From Ranitomeya imitator (Eukaryota), in assembly GCF_032444005.1 (NCBI RefSeq), contig NC_091282.1, positions 745,054,001-745,118,000 of the forward strand: 64,000 bases of DNA, in the 5' to 3' direction. The first letter of the stretch is position 1. Each line of letters begins with the position of its first letter. The notes below the pieces were generated by a model. It made no database searches. It was not told the DNA's origin and saw only the letters and a program-made list of their open reading frames with translations. Position numbers and translations under genes: made by a program. Below are positions 61,226-64,000 of the stretch, in pieces.

Positions 61226-62059
61226 TTGTCTTTGTTGTCAAGTTTGCATGGGGGAGATCACCTGTACATTCCGAAATCAAATATTGGATCCAGTAGATCC
61301 TCACTTTTCTTGTACACACAGACTAAAGTCGGCTGAACCCGCAGGACCGCCAGACATCTGATGCCGGTGGAGAAGAGGGTCAAGCGGTTTGAAACTTAAT
61401 ACTTGACCCTTTCGTTGTTCAAAAGATGAGACAAATCCTGTGGTAAACCCCAAAGGTGACAACGCCCTCATAGAGGCCATGAGCGCACTCCTGTATATGG
61501 TAGAGCCCAGCAATATGGCTGTCAACCTAGCATGTACGACGGACTTTAATCTATATTCCCATGGGGTGAAAACAGTGGATTTTCCTCTGTATATTCACTT
61601 GCAGAGAATGTGCTGCACTTTTACAGTGACTGCATAGTGCATGAAATCTTAAGAAATGTCATGCTGCGAAATATATCTGCTGTATAAATCCTATAGGAGT
61701 TGAGATCGACAACATGTCGGCTCCTAATGTGGATGTAGATGTGAATTTCACGCTTTATAATTCAAGAGATAAAATGTGCAGGGTCCCCTCATAATGATAT
61801 CCACAGTGGGAGGTCTCCAGTGGATATACTACTGAGCCTTAGTTTTCTGTGCCGGCCATTGGCACCATGACTCTGACTCAAGGTCTGTGGGACTATGAAC
61901 ACCACAACCCAGGCAGCTTCAGTGCTATGGATTTGCATATTGCTCTTTAGTATATTATTTTATTATTTGTCAGACTGATCCCTTTTGCTGCCCCACTGAC
62001 TTTGAGATACCGTTGAATATAACAAACGTGCCCCTATTTTTTTTTCTTTTCACAGACCC

Positions 62060-62887
62060 ATGCTTGGTAGAGGACTTAAACGCAAAGTAAATGATTGCGA
62101 AGAGACCATGAGTGACTTTCCTTGTGCCTACGATTGCAACCGAGCCATGCCATACAGTCATCAAAGGCAACTGGTGCTCAACATGTGCCTCAACAAACTG
62201 CAAAGCTATAAAATGCTGGCGGAACCCAACCTGCACCGATCTGTTCTCATAGCCAATACAGTCCGTCAGATTCAGGAGGAAACCAGGCAGGAGACAAGCC
62301 AGCTGCCAGGTGTCATGGGGGGTGACATCCCCTCCAACCTACTGTACCCAGGAAGTGATTCCTTAGACTCCTCGCTAAACGTACCCTTTGTAATTAATAC
62401 TGACTTAACAAGAGATCCCTGGCCTAATGAGAACCCGTTGGACAGTCTGATGGAGGTCACAGATGATGACATGTCTTCTGCTATTTCATCAATCCTTAAG
62501 GATCTTGACTTTGTTGAGGACATCAGCCCATCTACAAACCAGGGTCCTGCCGCTGATGAGCCATCAAAGCCCATGGAAAGTGGATGCAAAGGTGAAAAGC
62601 TGGATGTTAAGGGAACAGAATGCGTTTTTGGTTCTTTCGAACTGACCAGTTCCACCAGTTACTTAAAGGACCTGTCGGTGGATGACATTTTTGACGACAT
62701 TGACACTTCTATGTACGACTCAGATTTCAGCTTTTCCTCTTTGATGTCTCCAAGATTGCAGCCGGCGATGGAGGAACCCCTCAAGCTCTATACCATGTGC
62801 AATAACACCTCAAACAGTAACTTGCAGCCCTGCAGGACGGATTTGAATGATCTGGACCACATCATGGAGATTCTAGTAGGGTCCTGA
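62060..62887 (+). CDS. SERTA-domain protein, CDCA4/SERTAD2-like paralogue (275 aa), single coding exon
   Basis: MLGRGLKRK N-terminus, QRQLVLNMCLNKL...EPNLHRSVLIANTVRQIQEE SERTA domain, DDIFDDIDTSMYD, and DLNDLDHIMEILVGS C-terminus. Acceptor TTTTCACAG ends at 62055. Confidence 0.93.
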   Translation: MLGRGLKRKVNDCEETMSDFPCAYDCNRAMPYSHQRQLVLNMCLNKLQSYKMLAEPNLHRSVLIANTVRQIQEETRQETSQLPGVMGGDIPSNLLYPGSDSLDSSLNVPFVINTDLTRDPWPNENPLDSLMEVTDDDMSSAISSILKDLDFVEDISPSTNQGPAADEPSKPMESGCKGEKLDVKGTECVFGSFELTSSTSYLKDLSVDDIFDDIDTSMYDSDFSFSSLMSPRLQPAMEEPLKLYTMCNNTSNSNLQPCRTDLNDLDHIMEILVGS

Positions 62888-64000
62888 CATCATACTAGTT
62901 ATGAAAGCCAGACCATGTGGTCTTAAAGGGGAAATGTATTTTACAGTAAATCTGGAAAAACCCAAAAAGGGCAATTTTTACTTTACAGATGCACAAACAA
63001 TCAGGTTGTACTTGTATGGAGACATATAGGCCTATGAAATCCAAAATTGCCTAGGTACGGTCATTCAGTATTATGCATATTCTTCTTACCGGAGATCTGA
63101 ATTAAAAAAACAAAAAAACACCATAGCGTGAACGCTCAGAAGAAACCCAATATTTTTCAAGTTATGACAATATTTATAAACCTTTTTCAGATAGTAGAAT
63201 AACCTACAAGAGCCAACGCGGGATGTCACTTCTTGTATATAGTGGACACTACCTCTTTAAGATGAAGTGCAAAAACCTTCTTGTGTGCTTTTTTTTTAAT
63301 GTTTTGATGTTTTTTTTTTTTGTTCTTTCAATCTCTTGGTATCGGCATTTTCAGGTTATTTTGTGTTTAATTTATGAACTGTAATCGGATTTTATTAGCG
63401 GTCTGCTCGGCGTGCAAGCCATGTTTTAGGTGGTGATCAATACGTCTACATAAAATCACTGGGAACTTTTGACGCCAATGAGGCATTATTGGAGCTGTCT
63501 GGGATTAAAAGAAAGGACACTGCGCCACTCTTGTCCATGGGCTGTGCCTAGGTTTGTAGTTCAGCGCCGTTCAGTTGAATGTGAATGAGCTGCAGTAACA
63601 GAAGATGGCCTATGGATAAGAGTGGTGCGGTTTTCGGCAAATAGAAAATATATATCGTAATTTTTTTTTTTTCTTGTCTAATCCCCTTTTTAAAGGGGTT
63701 GTCCACCACTTGCCATCACTTCTGTTTGGCCCAAGGTCCAAAAAAAAAAATCAAATAAAATACCCGCCTTCTCGACTTCTGGTACTCCTCTGTACTCTCC
63801 ATTGTGTCCTAGCAGCAACATTTAGTGGGGGCATCGTATGACGCTGGTTACCTGTAGCCCTTGGATTTCATCTGAGCCATAAAAAAGGGGCTGTTGAGTA
63901 GTGGACAACCCCTTTAGGCCCAAGTTGAGTCACTGGTTCCCAGTAATGCTGAGCTACGACTACCCCAAAGATCACCCCAAATATAAGCTGAGCATAGCCC

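Overview
Vertebrate genomic DNA, most likely an anuran amphibian (inferred from the TE repertoire and the CDCA4 sequence). The window holds two same-strand SERTA-domain genes of identical architecture: a non-coding first exon in a CpG island, one long intron and a single coding exon. They are CDCA4 (CDS 12401-13144) and a CDCA4/SERTAD2-like paralogue (CDS 62060-62887). Almost everything else is transposon-derived. The ~34 kb between the genes is a nested stack. A two-gene Harbinger carries a hAT MITE, and a non-autonomous Harbinger carries an otherwise intact DIRS1-type tyrosine-recombinase retrotransposon. That DIRS is split by an apparently full-length CR1 LINE with intact ORF1 and ORF2. Also present are a Tc1 fossil, piggyBac-type TTAA elements, Harbinger and hAT MITEs, a nest of Helitron-like elements and minisatellites. 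The most interesting observations are four minimal hammerhead-ribozyme motifs, including a back-to-back fold-back pair in the CDCA4 intron; a CR1 5' end made of 126-bp monomers, each with a perfect octamer (POU) site; a G_TTA_AAC_TAG candidate -1 frameshift site linking CR1 ORF1 to ORF2; and a piggyBac deletion derivative that keeps only the cysteine-rich domain. All assignments come from reading the sequence by eye; no searches were run. Most short ORFs in the supplied track are spurious.
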